Shown here: positions 12,417 through 26,987 of the stretch, piece after piece
Layout of the letters: every line of letters starts with the position of its first letter
How positions within the stretch are numbered: position 1 is the first letter of the stretch
NCBI GenBank assembly: GCA_043228905.1
Contig: JBHGNT010000010.1
Location: 20,708,001-20,772,000 of the forward strand
Reading direction: 5' to 3'
Origin: Azolla caroliniana
Taxonomy: Eukaryota; Plantae; Polypodiophyta
Length of the DNA: 64,000 bases
Position numbers and translations under genes: made by a program
Notes under the pieces: generated by a model
Databases searched by the model: none
Seen by the model: only the letters and a program-made list of their open reading frames with translations
What the model was told of the DNA's origin: nothing

Positions 12417-12819
12417 GAATCATCAATATTATATACATTAGCAACAAGGTTTAACTTTTTTGGTAGTTATAAGCCAATATTGCTCATCATCAAGTGTCCC
12501 AAAGAAGTGTTGGGTTGGCCCAACCCCCATTGGATGTATGTAACAATAGTATGGTATACCATACATCCCTATTATCTCTCTTAATAAATCACATGAAAAT
12601 TGATTTTATCTACTCCTCTCGAGATCATCCATTAAGGGAGTGCTATTACAATATATTACACAAATTGAAAGAGAGAAACACGATGATGAATGTGAAACTC
12701 AAGGATGGTAAATAGCATTCATAAATGACCATTATGAGAATCTAATGAAGAAGGAAAGTGAAGAGGGATTAGTAAATATGCTCCCAAAGTGACCTTTTCT
12801 ATGATGAGTAAAAAAGTGC

Positions 12820-13065
12820 TTCTTGGTCCATTTCTCTCTTACATTAGAGTTTTGAACAAATTGAATGTCACACCATGAAAAATATTTTGGGCTAATTATG
12901 CTTGGATCGTTTCTCTCTTATGTTTCCTACTTTTACATAGAGTTTTTAACAAATCGAATGTCACACTATGAAAAATATTTTGGGCTAATTATGTTTGGAC
13001 CATTTCTCTCTTATGCTTCCTACTTTTACATTAGAGTTTTGAACAAATCGAATGTCACACCATGA
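12820..13065. repeat. Tandem repeat, ~93-bp unit, ~2.5 copies
   Basis: ACATTAGAGTTTTGAACAAAT(T/C)GAATGTCACAC(C/T)ATGAAAAATATTTTGGGCTAATTATG recurs at ~12841 and ~12936, partially at ~13028. Confidence 0.85.
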
Positions 13066-13230
13066 ATTGAATTTCATCCACCGACACGTATCACGGTGTA
13101 ACGAAAAAGTGCACATAAAAAATTTGATTGGTTCTTTTGCTTCAATGGAGGTTTTTGACCTTAGAGACTAGAGAGTACGCGCACGTGAAGATCTACAATG
13201 CTCTTTATAAACCACTAGAGTAGTGTTTGT

Positions 13231-13387
<157 letters not shown>

Positions 13388-15930
13388 TATATATATAAGT
13401 AAATATGTTGAAAAAACACTACATTAGTGTCATCGTGACATGGGTAGAGAGAGATGTTAATGTCACCGCGACATGGGTAGTGGGACATGTTGAATTGTAG
13501 ACTGCCCCAATAAACAAAACCTCTCAAAAAAAACCCAAAAATGCATGAAAGATAAATCTTGTGTTTTGTTTGGATGCAAGATATGAAAAAATGGTTTCAA
13601 AGATGGGATGCAACACATTGACTCAATACACATCCTCTTTGAATAAATGCAGCCTTTTTGCATTGCCAATGTATCAAAACATTGCTTCCATACGACTTGA
13701 TTTATACTCAATCAGATGTGAGATGGGATGAGGCAAATGTGGCACATTTTTCCCTATACAAGGTTTGTTCGATCACATTCCACCACGCTTTCCATACATC
13801 TTCAGCCAAAGCCACAAATTTGTCGCAATGTGCACTCTCAATCACCACATTCAATACCAAAACTAGTGAACATTGAGAGACACTACTTACTTTCACATGT
13901 ATTATGTGAAAACGTTATATTTTTGCCTCATATAGGTTATAATTTAACCTTTGAAGAAGATAATAAATTTTATCTCTCTCAAGAAACAACTAGATAAATT
14001 TACATGCAATCCCTATCTAAATGACCAAATAAATTTGTCTCTTGCAAAGTTGGCCCCAATTTCTATTTTGTACTGAAGTGGCTTGTAAAGTTTGCACTTG
14101 TTACTATTTAAGCGGTCACTCAAGGCGTGGATATTGTATATATGATAAATGAGGTCAACATTTACTAGGTCTTGGTGGGGACGATGTCAAGTTATTCTTA
14201 GGGAAATTGGGCATAGTATGAAAACAACTTGCAATAGCAAACAATGTTTAGGTATTCCTAACATCCTATTGTTGCATGCCTAGCACTACTATTCCTCATA
14301 CATAACGTTAATTGTCCAATTCTTAATATGGGAGTTGATTATATGTCCTTGCATGTTTTACATTATTATGCCAAGTTCGTAAGAACCCGAAAGCCTTTCT
14401 CTAATCCATTTTAACATCACCATTTTAGGTCTTTTTCTCTTATATATGATCATACATTTTATTTTTAAGGTTTTATTTCAATGTCGTAAGGCAAAAGATA
14501 AAATAGATGTGAACAATCCAAATGTCAAGGAAAAAGGTATGACTTTTTTGTATGTAAAAAGGGTTTCAATGATGAAAAATAAGGGCTATCAAGAAGCAAG
14601 TTGTTCTAAAGTGAAGATGCTTTATGATGGCCTCGGAATCTAGATATTTCTTTCAAAGAAAACGCTAATGGATTAAACAGATCATATTGAATATGTGTCA
14701 CTTGGAAATGAGTTCAAGATTAAATGCCCCTATTTTCAATTGCAAAAATTAAAACCCTTTAAAGTGTGGACATTTAACCTTACCTCAATGAACGAGACAT
14801 GTAAGCGATAAATAAGCCCATAGATTGTTGTTTGGTTCATGGGCCACAATATGTGTCATTGTGCACATTATTTCTTCGCTTCTTCTTGTCATTTGGATCA
14901 ATCAGTACCACTACCCATCCTATTGTAACCATGTTATTGACGGGATTGACTTGTCATGGGAGGTGTGTTATGCTCATTTAGAACTTGAGAAGAGGCAACA
15001 TGAGTTTATATACAATGGTTTACTTTGATCAGGGGTGTATATTCATTCAGTTAAGTTAAATTAGATGCTTTGGTCCACATGATGTAGTTTTTCAACCCCA
15101 ACTTAAAAGCACCAATCTTTGGATAGATGAGAATCTTTTGATCCAACAATTTAAGAATAAAGGGTTGAAGTTAATTACAATTTGAACATCGGACTAAATA
15201 GAAATCTATCAGAAAGCAATAAAAATAAGACTATTGCAAAGCTAATCATGGCCGAATGTGATGAGTGGAGCGTATATTTGTATTGACATCCTAGAGTTTT
15301 TGTTTATCTAGGCATCAAACTATAATGGAAAATACCCATATGAAAATTATAACGAACCAATCAAAAATAAAGAAGACATACATTAGCATGCATGGCTGTG
15401 TGTTTGTGTGCGTGTGTGAAACCTAACATAGATGACATACATATGAAAACATGAAAATACTTCGTACACTACAATTTTAATCATGTTTCGTATGCCACAT
15501 TGACCATACCTAGAAGCTTTTTAACCACGAAAAGCATATCATCTCAATGAGCTAGGAATTGATTTCACCTTGCATCAAAAATTAGCAATCGTTAATGTGT
15601 TGATGTAGATGGTGGCTTCTTTATCAACAACAAACGTCATAAACAAAGTATCCTTAGTTTGGTCACTAGTCCCGCCATGATTGTGCATTATCTCCTCAAG
15701 CTATATGCTCTCTTCTTGCCTTTGAGACATTCTTCTTCTTTTGTTTGGAGACATCATGCAATTCTTTTGCTTTTGTTTACATTTTTGAAATCTAATTATT
15801 TTTGTTGACATGCCTATGTTGCCCACAAATAGTGCAGTCAAAGTATTAGCCCCAAGTATGGGGAAGGATATCATTAGCTTCTTGTCACATGATTTTTCTT
15901 GCCAACAAACTCAAATGCATATAATTGTCA

Positions 15931-16021
15931 CGTGCAATTAGTTAGGATCAAATAGGTTTCTTATGGTTCCCACCCCGTGCAATTAGTTAGGATCAAATAG
16001 GTTTCTTATGGTTCCCACCCC
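15931..16021. repeat. Perfect ~45-bp tandem duplication
   Basis: CGTGCAATTAGTTAGGATCAAATAGGTTTCTTATGGTTCCCACCC occurs twice head-to-tail. Confidence 0.9.
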
Positions 16022-17664
16022 AAGGACACTGGCAATAGGCAATGAATTTATCTTTATTAATGGGAAACCAAGGAATCTCGATGAAGAATGACATCCTTGA
16101 ATTTGTAATAATTCTATCATTGAATTTGTAGTGTGTACCTCTCTCTCTCTCTTCTTCCACCTTTTCATTTGATTGATTGTTTTTCTATGGGAATCTAGAC
16201 ACCTATACCATGAAATCTACCCTTCCATCAATCTCTCTAGCTCTATGTTTCCTAATCCCTCCGTCATGTTTTTTTTCGCTCTTATTGTTTGAATATCCAT
16301 TTGAGTCCATACTCTTTCCAGACCTTCAAATGATTTTGTCTTATATTCCATTGGTTTAATGGCTTTGTCATCTTCAATCGTCCATCACGAAGTAATGTCT
16401 TCCATCTTTTACTAATTTGTCTCATCTCACACTAATCCTTAGGGGAGGCACGCAAAGCTTTATTTTTCACCTTCTAAATGAATGAATGGTGGAGCTTGAT
16501 ACACCATTTTCTATCACACCTCAACTCCAAAGAACTTGCTTGAATGTCATCATAAATTATCATGTGACTTGATCCAACCATACAAGATGGATATACCAAA
16601 CTCACTATGACTCAAAGGGTTATTGTTTTTTGTGATAGTGTAAAGTTACAAAATCCAAGAACATCCTGCTTTCATCACATGGTATGTTAGCAATGTGTGC
16701 AATTCATCTACCTTTTTAATTGAATCTCATGAATGCAAAACAAAACAAAAAGTGTTGTACACATGAAGAACAATTACTTTAGGCGAACCCACATTTTAGC
16801 TAGATTCAGAAGAGTTTCATAACGATCCATTCTCAGTTCAAGGACCTCAATGTGGGGTGGGGGGAATCCATTTGATATGTAATAATAATTGGGATGCCCT
16901 TCCATCATCAACAAAAGATATAAGAGCAGTTTAAAGGAAAGAGAATAATCGACATTACACATTTTACATAGCATGAGATCGTGTAATATAAGAAGCTTTT
17001 AATGACAACTTCAAGTATTCCTACCAACTATACCTTTTTTTTGGCAATCATGCATAGAAGACAAATTGGCATTGCTTTCCCCCACCCCTTTAAAGGCTGG
17101 CTATCAATTCATAACAACAAATGGGCATCAGAACTCTTACAATGGCATGAAAGCGAGGCAACACAATTCGATACAAAAAGCATCATGATGTCTCACCTCC
17201 TAGTCTCTTCCGAGAAACGGCTAAAAGGCAAACTTTACCGCTCTGAACACTCGGGATTTGTTCATTTTCTGTTAGGTTTGGTCGGGTTCACACAAACATG
17301 AGCACGAAAAGCTCTTAGACCGGATGGGAGGGGGGACACGCGAGAGTGTGACGAGAGACACGGGGTTCGTTTAGAGTGGTCAAGTTTTAAAGTAATAAGC
17401 AAAACCATCAGAGTTTTGAGAGTCTCTTACTTGGGGTGCCCATAGATATATGGAGATATTATGAAAAACCTCTGTCCCTCATCCTAGCAAGAGAACCTTA
17501 ATTACATCAGTCAAGCTTTCAGTAAAAATGCATACTAAATGCCCACAAATGTTCTCCTTGGCAAAAGACAATATGCAAAGGCCATGATGAGTTTTTTTTT
17601 CTTCAAAAAACAAACAGGGAGATTTTGAATCTTTATCTCCCACCAGAACTGATGATCTTCTTCT

Positions 17665-20568
17665 TCATATTTCACTCGCTCCGCTGCTTCCACTGTCGAT
17701 TGATGATGACTTCAATGTGACCATCCTGTGATGGAAGTTGGGAGTGCTAACAATCTTCGACCCCTTCTTATGCTTCACAAGTGGAATGAGAGACTGTACC
17801 ACATCAGTCATTAGCGGGCGGTAATCGGCCTCCGGTTGGACACACATTGCAGCTATGGCTGCAACCTGTAAACATAATAGAACCATGGAAAAACATCATG
17901 TATATATAACTCACATTCAAAGATGTCAAAGTATGGCATAAAATGTAAAACCTGTATTAAGTCTTTTACGGCAAATTGTCCAGCCATCACAGGATCTACC
18001 ATCTCCACAAGTTTATCTCGATCTGTAAGTCGAGGAAGCGCCTATGAAAAACAAGGTTTTAAATGAATGTCAGAAGAATAGATTATATATGTGGGCTAAC
18101 ACATTTAGATGGTTATCTCAACTATCTTCCCCAAACTACTTACCCAAGAGACAAGTACACCTTGCCCTGGGGGTCGCTTCATATCTACAGGAACACGACC
18201 TGTTAGGAGCTCCAGCAATACTACCCCATAGCTATAAACATCGGATTTAGTAGTCAAATGCCCCGTTAAGGCATACCTGCACAGCATTTATGAAAGTACA
18301 ATTTAGAACAAGAGAAAATTAGAAAACCCAATAAGAAGAAGGATATTCATAGTTTTTTTTTGTTAACTCTGGAAGATTTATGGCTAAAGTGGCCGAAATG
18401 TAACTAAAACCCTGACAAGTAAGAGTAGATGTTAAAAAAAACAAGATGTCATACTCAGGTGCAACATATCCATGTGTCCCTAGAACTCGAGTAGAAACTA
18501 ATCCTCCTACTTTATCCGATCCAAGCTTGGCTAGGCCAAAATCTGCTACTTTAGCATTGAAGTTTGAATCCAGCAAGATGTTGCTACTCTTGAAATCCCT
18601 GTGTATAACTGGAGGTGTTACACACTCATGTAGATATTCAAGGCCTCGAGCCGAATCCAAAGCTATTCGCATCCGTGTGTCCCAATCAAGAACCGGAGGA
18701 TTGCCCGATGCTCCTGAAACATATGCGTGTAAAGTGTAAGATCAAATCCGTCTTTTATAAGATGGATATGATAGATATCATGAATCTTACCGTCTGAATA
18801 AAGGTGCTCTTGGAGATTGCCATTGGGCATGTATTCATACACCAGTAATCGATGATCTTGATCAGCACAATATCCAATCAAACCAACAAGGAATGATGAA
18901 TGGAGGCGGCTAAGCATATCGACCTGACCAAAAAACATGTGAATTTCAGAGATAAGGCTCAATGATTACAAGAGGATGGAAACCCAGAATAATTCATCAC
19001 GTGTAGGGTTTCATAATCGCAGAGAAAACAAGAAGCCATTTTCAAAACTTTTGACGAATGGAAATGAGCTCGCCTAAACTTCTGACTCATATTTTTCTAG
19101 CAATGTAATGAGATTCTATAGCTAGCTTTGAGGATGAGGTATCTGTTACATATGGAAGTTAGATATGCTTAACCTCGTCCACAGAAGCTGATAATGCTAA
19201 GATACACACAATATAAGCTATCAGAAGAGGATAACGATCAGACTCATAACGATATCACATATATACAGTTGCTATCTGGATTCTAGTGAGAATGCCGTCA
19301 AATATATCCACACCAACATAATGTGGTGGTCTAAAGCTACTGGTTTGACAGCAGACTTAAGGCTTGATATAAAATCGTCAGTTACATTGCCAAAATATTC
19401 ATGAAACTATACCTCAATGCGGAATTCATGGTCTCCTTGTTTACTTCCTCGATCAAGTTGCTTGATAGCTGCTAATCTTCCATCAGAGAGCATCCCTCTG
19501 TAGACTGATCCAAACCCTCCGTGTCCAACCACATTCCCTTGGCTGAAATTACATGTCGCAGATTGGAGTTGTTTGAATGTGAAGACTTGAGAGTCTGTGA
19601 GTTCTAAGGTTACAGCCCGAGGGTGAGATGATAATGATGGAGCATTAGGACTCTCGGGGACTTGAGAGTTCTTAATCCCTGTCAAAAAGAAAAAGGAAAG
19701 CAGGAACAGTTAGAAGAAATCTCCATGTCTTGTGTCTCTCTTTCTCGGTAATGAAATTGCATCTTAGCGGCAGCGTAGATGCATCCTCCAGGTTCAAATC
19801 TCGCTAATTTAAACAGTTTATTAGATGATACTGAGTTTAAAACTCGCTAATTGCACTTAGAATGCACTGAATTCAATAAGCTAGATGGCACTGACTACAA
19901 ATTCTGGACGACTGCAGTAATTTATAAGACGACACCAAGTTGAAAATCTCTGCATTTGAACTCATTGAGATTAGTCCGACACTGAGTTATCTCGAAAGAC
20001 AACAATTTGATTACATTAGATTGGCATCGAGTTCGAATGTTTACCTAGTTGTACTGAGTTCGTGTAACCACAGCAACTCTAAATATCTTTAATTGCACGG
20101 GTTAAAACCTCTCTGGTTGCACTAATTTACTTGAATTACATGAAACTGAGTTTAAGTTTTCTCCAAACGCGCTAACTTACTGAATAAAACCGTTCACGTC
20201 TCACTCTACTTGCAACAATTAGCTTTAACTAGATAGACATTGAGTTCGAATCTCTCCATTTGCCCTAAAATTAGCAGATGAGACTACAGAGAACCTATGA
20301 TTTTGAGAGAGGAACAGACGAAAAACACAGCTACGCAGACGTGTTCGTGAGATTTCTTCTACTTACTTTGGCTACGAGACTTTTTCTTGACCTTGTATCG
20401 GATGTGGCAATAGTAGAGGAAGACGAGAACGAGTGCAGAGACAGCAATGGTGGCGATGACGGCCAGGACGACCAAAGCAATGCTCGTCTTTCGCCCGTCG
20501 CCATCGTCATCTTCTGCTTCACTCTGTTGACGCAGAGTAGAAGAATACTCTAGCAGACTACGAATCAT
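17665..20568 (-). CDS. Ser/Thr receptor-like kinase (RLK/Pelle) with short N-terminus and single TM helix; resembles Arabidopsis At3g58690-type kinases
   Basis: Exons 20568-20367, 19678-19413, 18923-18791, 18713-18455, 18276-18144, 18041-17952 and 17865-17665, all GT-AG and in phase. [27 protein letters not shown]. Kinase motifs [75 protein letters not shown]. Confidence 0.95.
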
Positions 20569-20579
20569 ATATAAATCCG

Positions 20580-20712
20580 CAGAAGAAGAAAATGACGATG
20601 AGGATGACGACGATGAGGATGAGGATGAGGATGAAGATGAAGATGAAGATGAAGATGAAGATGAAGATGAAGATAAAGATGGTTTCACATAAGAAGAAGA
20701 AGAAAGATGAAG
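20580..20712. repeat. (GAA)/(GATGAA)n repeat in the kinase 5' leader (poly-Ser on the minus strand, in frame with the CDS)
   Basis: GATGAGGATGAAGATGAAGATGAA... immediately upstream of the kinase ATG. Confidence 0.9.
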
Positions 20713-21136
20713 AGGTCGGCGATTAAGGAGGATCAAGGAAGGAGCAGATGAACGCAGTTAAAGATGAACAGAAGAGAAAAGAAAAAAAAAAGTAGACTGA
20801 TGATGAAGAATATGAAGACGAAGACGAGGATTATATTGATGAAGGGGTTATCGCTGATGGAAGAAAGGAATAGAAACGCAGAGGAAGCTGAACAACGGGA
20901 GAAGGATGCAGAGAAACGCAGAGGAATCTGAAGAAGAAGAAGAACAGGAAGAAGAAGAAGAATTGGAGCAAGGATTGGAGATGGAGATGGGAATGTAGTA
21001 GAAACAGAGAAGAAGGATGGCTTCTCTTGGACTCTACAGAGGGAGTGGGGGAGGTCTATTGTTTTTGTTGTCTGTATGGCTGGCTATGGCGAAGCTCCAA
21101 GGTCTCTGTGTGCTGGCTATGGCGAAGCTCCAAGGT

Positions 21137-21175
<39 letters not shown>

Positions 21176-21313
21176 GGAGAGCACTGTAGAGAGTAGAGAG
21201 AGAGAGTAGAGAGAGAGTAGAGAGAGAGGAATAGGGATCTGGTGGATGAGAGAGAGAGAGAGTAACATAATTTTGGGCGGGAAAACAAAAGAGCAGCAGC
21301 AGGAGCAATTGGG

Positions 21314-21420
21314 TAGGTTGTTTTGCTTTCTGCTTTTTTCCTATATAGCTTGTTTTGCTTTCTGCTTTTTTCCTATATAGGTTGTTTTGCTTTCTGCTTT
21401 TCTCTGTTGGTAGGTTGTTC
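21314..21420. repeat. 32-bp tandem repeat (3+ copies) in the kinase promoter region; two unit junctions form CTATATAG
   Basis: TAG(G/C)TTGTTTTGCTTTCTGCTTTTTTCCTATA at 21314 and 21346; third copy at 21378 diverges at its 3' end. Confidence 0.85.
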
Positions 21421-21490
21421 ATATACATACATACATTACGTTTGGGGGCCGATATCTCATATTTAGGGCCAAACGGTGTGTTTTTTTTTA

Positions 21491-21810
21491 GGGAAAAGTA
21501 CAGGGAGGGAGGATACCCCTGGAAGTTCGTCTATTTACCAGAATGCCCCTGGAAGTTCCAAATTTACCAAACTACCCCTATGTCCAAAAAAATACACTTT
21601 ATAAAGTAACTACAAAGGACCCAAAGAATCTCTTAAGTAAAGAAATGTGTGTTTTAAGGGTATTTTGGTAAATAGGGCTTGTAGATTTGAGTGTATAATT
21701 ACTTTATAAAATGTATTTTTTTGGACATAGGGGTAGTTTGGTAATTTTCGAACTTCCAGGGGCATTCTGGTAAATAGACGAACTTCCAAGGGTATCCTGG
21801 TACTTTTCCC
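21491..21810. mobile_element. Mutator-like (MULE) MITE, ~320 bp, with ~120-bp TIRs and 9-bp TSD
   Basis: Starts GGGAAAAGTAC and ends GTACTTTTCCC. Near-perfect inverted arms (GGAAGTTCGTCTATTTACCAGAATGCCCCTGGAAGTTC and its reverse complement). TSD TTTTTTTTA at 21482-21490 and 21811-21819. Confidence 0.9.
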
Positions 21811-22670
21811 TTTTTTTTATCCCATTGTGCTGGTCTAAGGAGACATTTAACCTTCACATATTGTATCTACCATTTATCTTCTATACATACATGTACATAT
21901 GTGTGTGTGTGTATGTACATATATGGAAGAGGTTTCTTCTTACTTAATATGCACTATGAGCTTAGTGTTATCGAGAATCGAGAAGCTACATTCACCTAAC
22001 AAAGATAATTGCGAATGGCGAATGCCCATTATTTACAACGCCTAACAAAGATTGTCTCGAGCTTGGGCAACACATGTAAATCCTTGAAGAGTGTACGAGA
22101 TTGATCTACTGCTAAAGTTCTAACTTTGTAAGTGACAATTCACCAAAGACAGACGCAGAGAGAGGAGGAGAGAGAGAGAAACTTAATATCCTTCGTAGAG
22201 CTCATCGTTTGTGGGGTAACAAGAACGCAAAGGATGCAACACCCTAAGACCATGTACTTTTCCCCCTTCTTACATTAGACTCAAAAGTAACCCACCTATT
22301 CAAATCCGTAGTTATATATTATATATATGTATATATGTACATGCTTTATTAAAATCCACGAGAGACATAATTTGATCAAAGTCTCGAAATTAAGACATAG
22401 TTCACTCAAGGGGTCTTTACAATCATCTATCAACTTAGATCTACACTCAAAGTTTGCGGAAAATTATCACCATTAGGTGTTCATGATCCACATCTTTCTT
22501 CATGAGTATGTACACCCTCGTTCGCTCTATTCTAGATTTATTAGTATTGAGTTGTCTTAAAAGTAGATCATAACATGAGCGGCGGCGGCGATGAGCCTTA
22601 CACATTCATGCGAGTCTTATGCGCAAGGTGATCCATAATCCATGGAGAGAAGTTGATTGTTCTTGGGAAG

Positions 22671-22701
<31 letters not shown>

Positions 22702-25700
22702 ATAAAGATGCACACAATGTTCATTGAATCTCGTGGTTGTATAATTGATACTAGATAAGTAAGCATTAACCTATGGAATTGTAGAAAAATAAACAAATGG
22801 GTGTTGGAGATCAATTTTGGGTGTTGGCAATTTAATTGCATCGGTTTGTACTTCTTGCAAATACGAGAGGAATCAACCAATTGGAAAGGTACAATCGCAA
22901 CACCGCCACTCGCAAGCATCCCAATAACAATAAGGTCTCTTGATAGGGCAAAGTATGGCACCAAGGAACTACAATGCATGGGTTAATGCCACCATAACCC
23001 ATTTTTTAGGATAATTCACGTGGGCATTTCCCAACATACTAAGTAATAAATAACAGTTGATCAAAATGTCAAAGTGCCCACATGAATTATCGTGTAGACT
23101 AGAGAGAGACTAATGTGAAGGGTTCTCGTATAGATAGGTTGATCTTCAAAGACTACATGTACCTTGAATCTATAGACAGTAAGAGAGGGATCAAATAAAG
23201 CTTGATAAAATGTGGGATTGTAACCTAGACACATGGTGCATTCATGTAACACACCCTGGAGTGGAACTCTAATTCTCTCGATTCCGAAGCTCATTTGTGA
23301 ATCTCTTGAATATCGAGAGTCACTAATAAACTCTAAACATTATGCGCTTCTCCATTGCTCCTTTTGTAGACACAAGAAAAATATAATCATAGACAAATAT
23401 GGTTGTATTAATGTTGTGCTTCGAGGGTATATATAATTAAATGTTAGAAAACTAATCTCACTAACCATGAAAAAACTTAATTTAAACATGTCATTGGGTT
23501 TCATGTCCCTTTCTCTCTCAATTGTTAGTAAGTTCTAGGTTTATATGTCTACGCCTTATTTTCTTATCAATGGGCATTGAGAGATTGTTGTTGTTTTATA
23601 CTATGTTTCTCCATGTCATTCTCAAAGAAGAACTTTAGTTGCATATTCTAGGAATAGGGAAGTATAGAAACTTTATATATACTTTGTTTCTAAAATAATC
23701 CATAAAACATTTCATTGGTAGCTTCTAAACTTCATCGTTTTCTTGCCTTTCTGTCGTCTTCTTAAAGATTATGTACATGTGGACACCTATATCATGTATA
23801 TATTACATACTTTATCTACACTCTCCATCAATTTAATGCCCTCTAGTTTCCCCATTATCAACTTCTATGTTTTGTGTATGTACATATATACATGTGGACA
23901 AATGTATGGTAAGTATGACTTACTAATAGAAATTTACACAATTTTCTCATCTTTCTTTATGCGTGCACATGTTACCATGTATTTATATGTTCCTTTTCAT
24001 GTTCACGCGCGTGCATGAGACTGTATAAGTATTTACAATTCATCCTTCTCTATGTGCCCCTTTTCCATGTTTATAATATTTTATCTCTAGATGTTGGTTT
24101 CTATGCATAATGAAGTTAGGTAGGCATGAAATCTTGTCAACGTTTAAATGTGATCGATTGACGTGAGATACTTACCATATTTGAGCTCTACCATGTTGGT
24201 CCAAACTTTGATACACGAAAATTTCCAAACCATCACTTCGCTCATGCAAGCTTAGTAGACTACAATCTTAAAAGAAATCGTCTTAAGACAAATGGAGCCG
24301 GGTTTTTTTTTCAAAACATGTACATAGAAAACTATAATTAGTTAGACAACCATGTGATTAACTAAGAATGTAAAGCTTTGTTGATCGAATGATATATTGG
24401 ATATGAGATAACGGTGGAGGAATTACTGGGCCTAGAGTTTGACAATCATGCAAATCATGAGTATTCAGAATGATAACACGTTTACATAGAAGTAAACGAG
24501 ACTTCATTTGAAACTTCAAAACTTTGGCCAATTAGTCATGTTAATGTTGCACCCACACCCCTTGATTTTACTTGAACATTTGTTCACATACATATATTTT
24601 GCCCAACCCACATTGGTGTATATCTCTATTGTTGTTTATGTTGTATTACAATTTCAATCTTTTGCATTTATCATTGAATCCTCCTAGTTGTATTTGTTAT
24701 CCTACCGATGAGCTTTGGAGCGATAAAACATAAAGTGAAAAATAGACACATTCAACGAGCATGTAAAAAATATGCAGAAATACTACTTCATTAGTATGTG
24801 TCCTTTTATATTTTGGAATATCGTATCTCATTCAATCGCCTTTACTAAAGCCGACGATAATCTATAAACTATCAACAACATGTTCAAAAAAATACTAATG
24901 TCACTTTGATAAAAGGTTGTGTTTTCACACAAAAAATCAAAAGTGGGGGTTGTTAAATTATGGATAAATATTTCCATACTATGCTCGTCAGTTTAAAGAA
25001 AGTACGCTCATTCGTTTCAAAAATGGTTGAAACACAATCGTCGAAGTTGAGTTCCTAATAATATAAAAAGTGGGAATCTTAACCACACAATTAAGTTTTG
25101 AATCCTCTATGTTAGATGTTCTCACCTTTTCAGTTTGAAGCACAATTCAATCCTCATTTTCCTCATACGGAAATCCTCGATTTCTAATTAGAGTATAATT
25201 CATATGTTCTAATTACTACGAGCAATTTATTCGCATAGGGACACACAAATACATATGTACTAAAGTCATAATTATATGCTTAACCATAATTTTCAAGTGA
25301 ATAAACGCCTCGATATTGACCCTACATATAATTCAATAATGTTGAAAACAAACATGCACAACTTTGTAATGGCCGTAATGCAGAAGCATAGTTTGGGAAT
25401 TTCCCCAAAAATATATTCCATTATCAACGATTTGTTGTTATTCCGCACAGTTTTAGGAATCAACGACAACTCTAATCCATTATAATGATGCACATACTAT
25501 GTGGATATGTTTAATCAAGAATGAATAAATGCATAATGGTTTATAATCACATGTAACAAAATCGAGCGTGAATATTAGTGAACAGGCTTTGGAATCTTTA
25601 ACCTTATATCCACAAATTCAACATTAGTTCCTTTTCAAACAATCATTGGTAGGGTGCTAGCTATATTTGATAGCTCATATTCACGAGTGTCAATTAAGCG

Positions 25701-26987
25701 GTTGATGAATCATGATTCTCGGTTATTTGAATGAGAATGGCACGGAAAAACTCGCCAACTCATATTTCAACGATGAGAACCAATCGAGTTACCTACACTA
25801 GAGTACACTAGCGGCTAGCCTATTGGTGGCTATGCCCAATGAATGAAATATATCTCTAAGGGGAACCTTGCAAGCTACTAATGAACAAAGCGGAAATTAC
25901 AGTTACCAATACACCAATATTTACTTGTTGAGATCATCATAGAGGAAACGTACATCAACTTGTTTCGACTTTGCTTGGGTTATAAGGTCTAACTTAGCAT
26001 TGGTATAATTAGTGATTTGGTAATGGTAGAAAAGTGGTGTAGTGTGTACTCAGTGTACTCATGGGCCAATCCATAATGAAACAATGTATACTACAAAACT
26101 AGCAATGATGGATACTTGAAAACATATTTTATGTAATGCCACAACACGTGACTCAAATGTTCACATATTACATGTTGACCTTTGTGCAAGAACGGTTTGT
26201 CAAAATTATGCACTTTGTATCCATGTATATTTATGGGTCTCTCGTTGGAAGTAAATTTAACCATAATGCTTTTCGTGTAGATTTTTCTCATCATATTTCA
26301 CATCGTACATTGTGTTGATATAGTTGGAAAACTTCAAACACATAACGACATGAGCAAAGGGTCAAGTTAGGTAGTGCATGACCTCCCAACCTATGGCATG
26401 CCTTGCCTCATCTAGTGAGAAGTATTAGACACATTTGGACATTGCAAACTCAACAACCCATAACACACTATAAAAGCGTAGACAATTTGGATGGAGAAAG
26501 TGATTTCTCATTATTGGCTTGACCAAAGGAAACCACCATCATTTTTCGTTTTTCATTTTTCTATATTCTTGGTAAAAGCTATGGGATTTTTAACTTTCTT
26601 TTTCGTTTGGAATATATGTGTAATGATTTAACGATGTTCTTCTATTGTGAGTTTCTCTCTCCAAACACCAAAGGTGGGTGGAAAACATTTTTGTAACGAG
26701 AAGTATTACACAACTTCATATACTTCCAATGCACAAGATTTCATTTAGTACGAATCATCGAGACAAAATGGGCAGAAAGTCAAACATGTGATTAGATTGA
26801 TGACTTGATTACTAATAAAAATATGGGGCTTGCACTCCTTTATAGAAGTATGTACATGTTATTGGCATTCATATTGCTCAAGGTTGTTTTGCCAAATGAA
26901 ACACACCCACTTTCTAATGTTTTCTTATTTACTCGTATGTAGTAACATTATCAAGCACATGAAAACATTGGAGAATGAAGATATGAA

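Noticed and set aside
12820-13065. Repeat arrays as possible CRISPR-like structures (also 21314 and 48222)
   Set aside because: Units are contiguous tandem copies without unique spacers, in eukaryotic intron-containing DNA with no cas genes.
22617-23340. 120-aa ORF and an LTR-like stretch ending AATAAACTCTAAACA
   Set aside because: The ORF runs through a microsatellite, and no convincing TG...CA pair with TSD was found.
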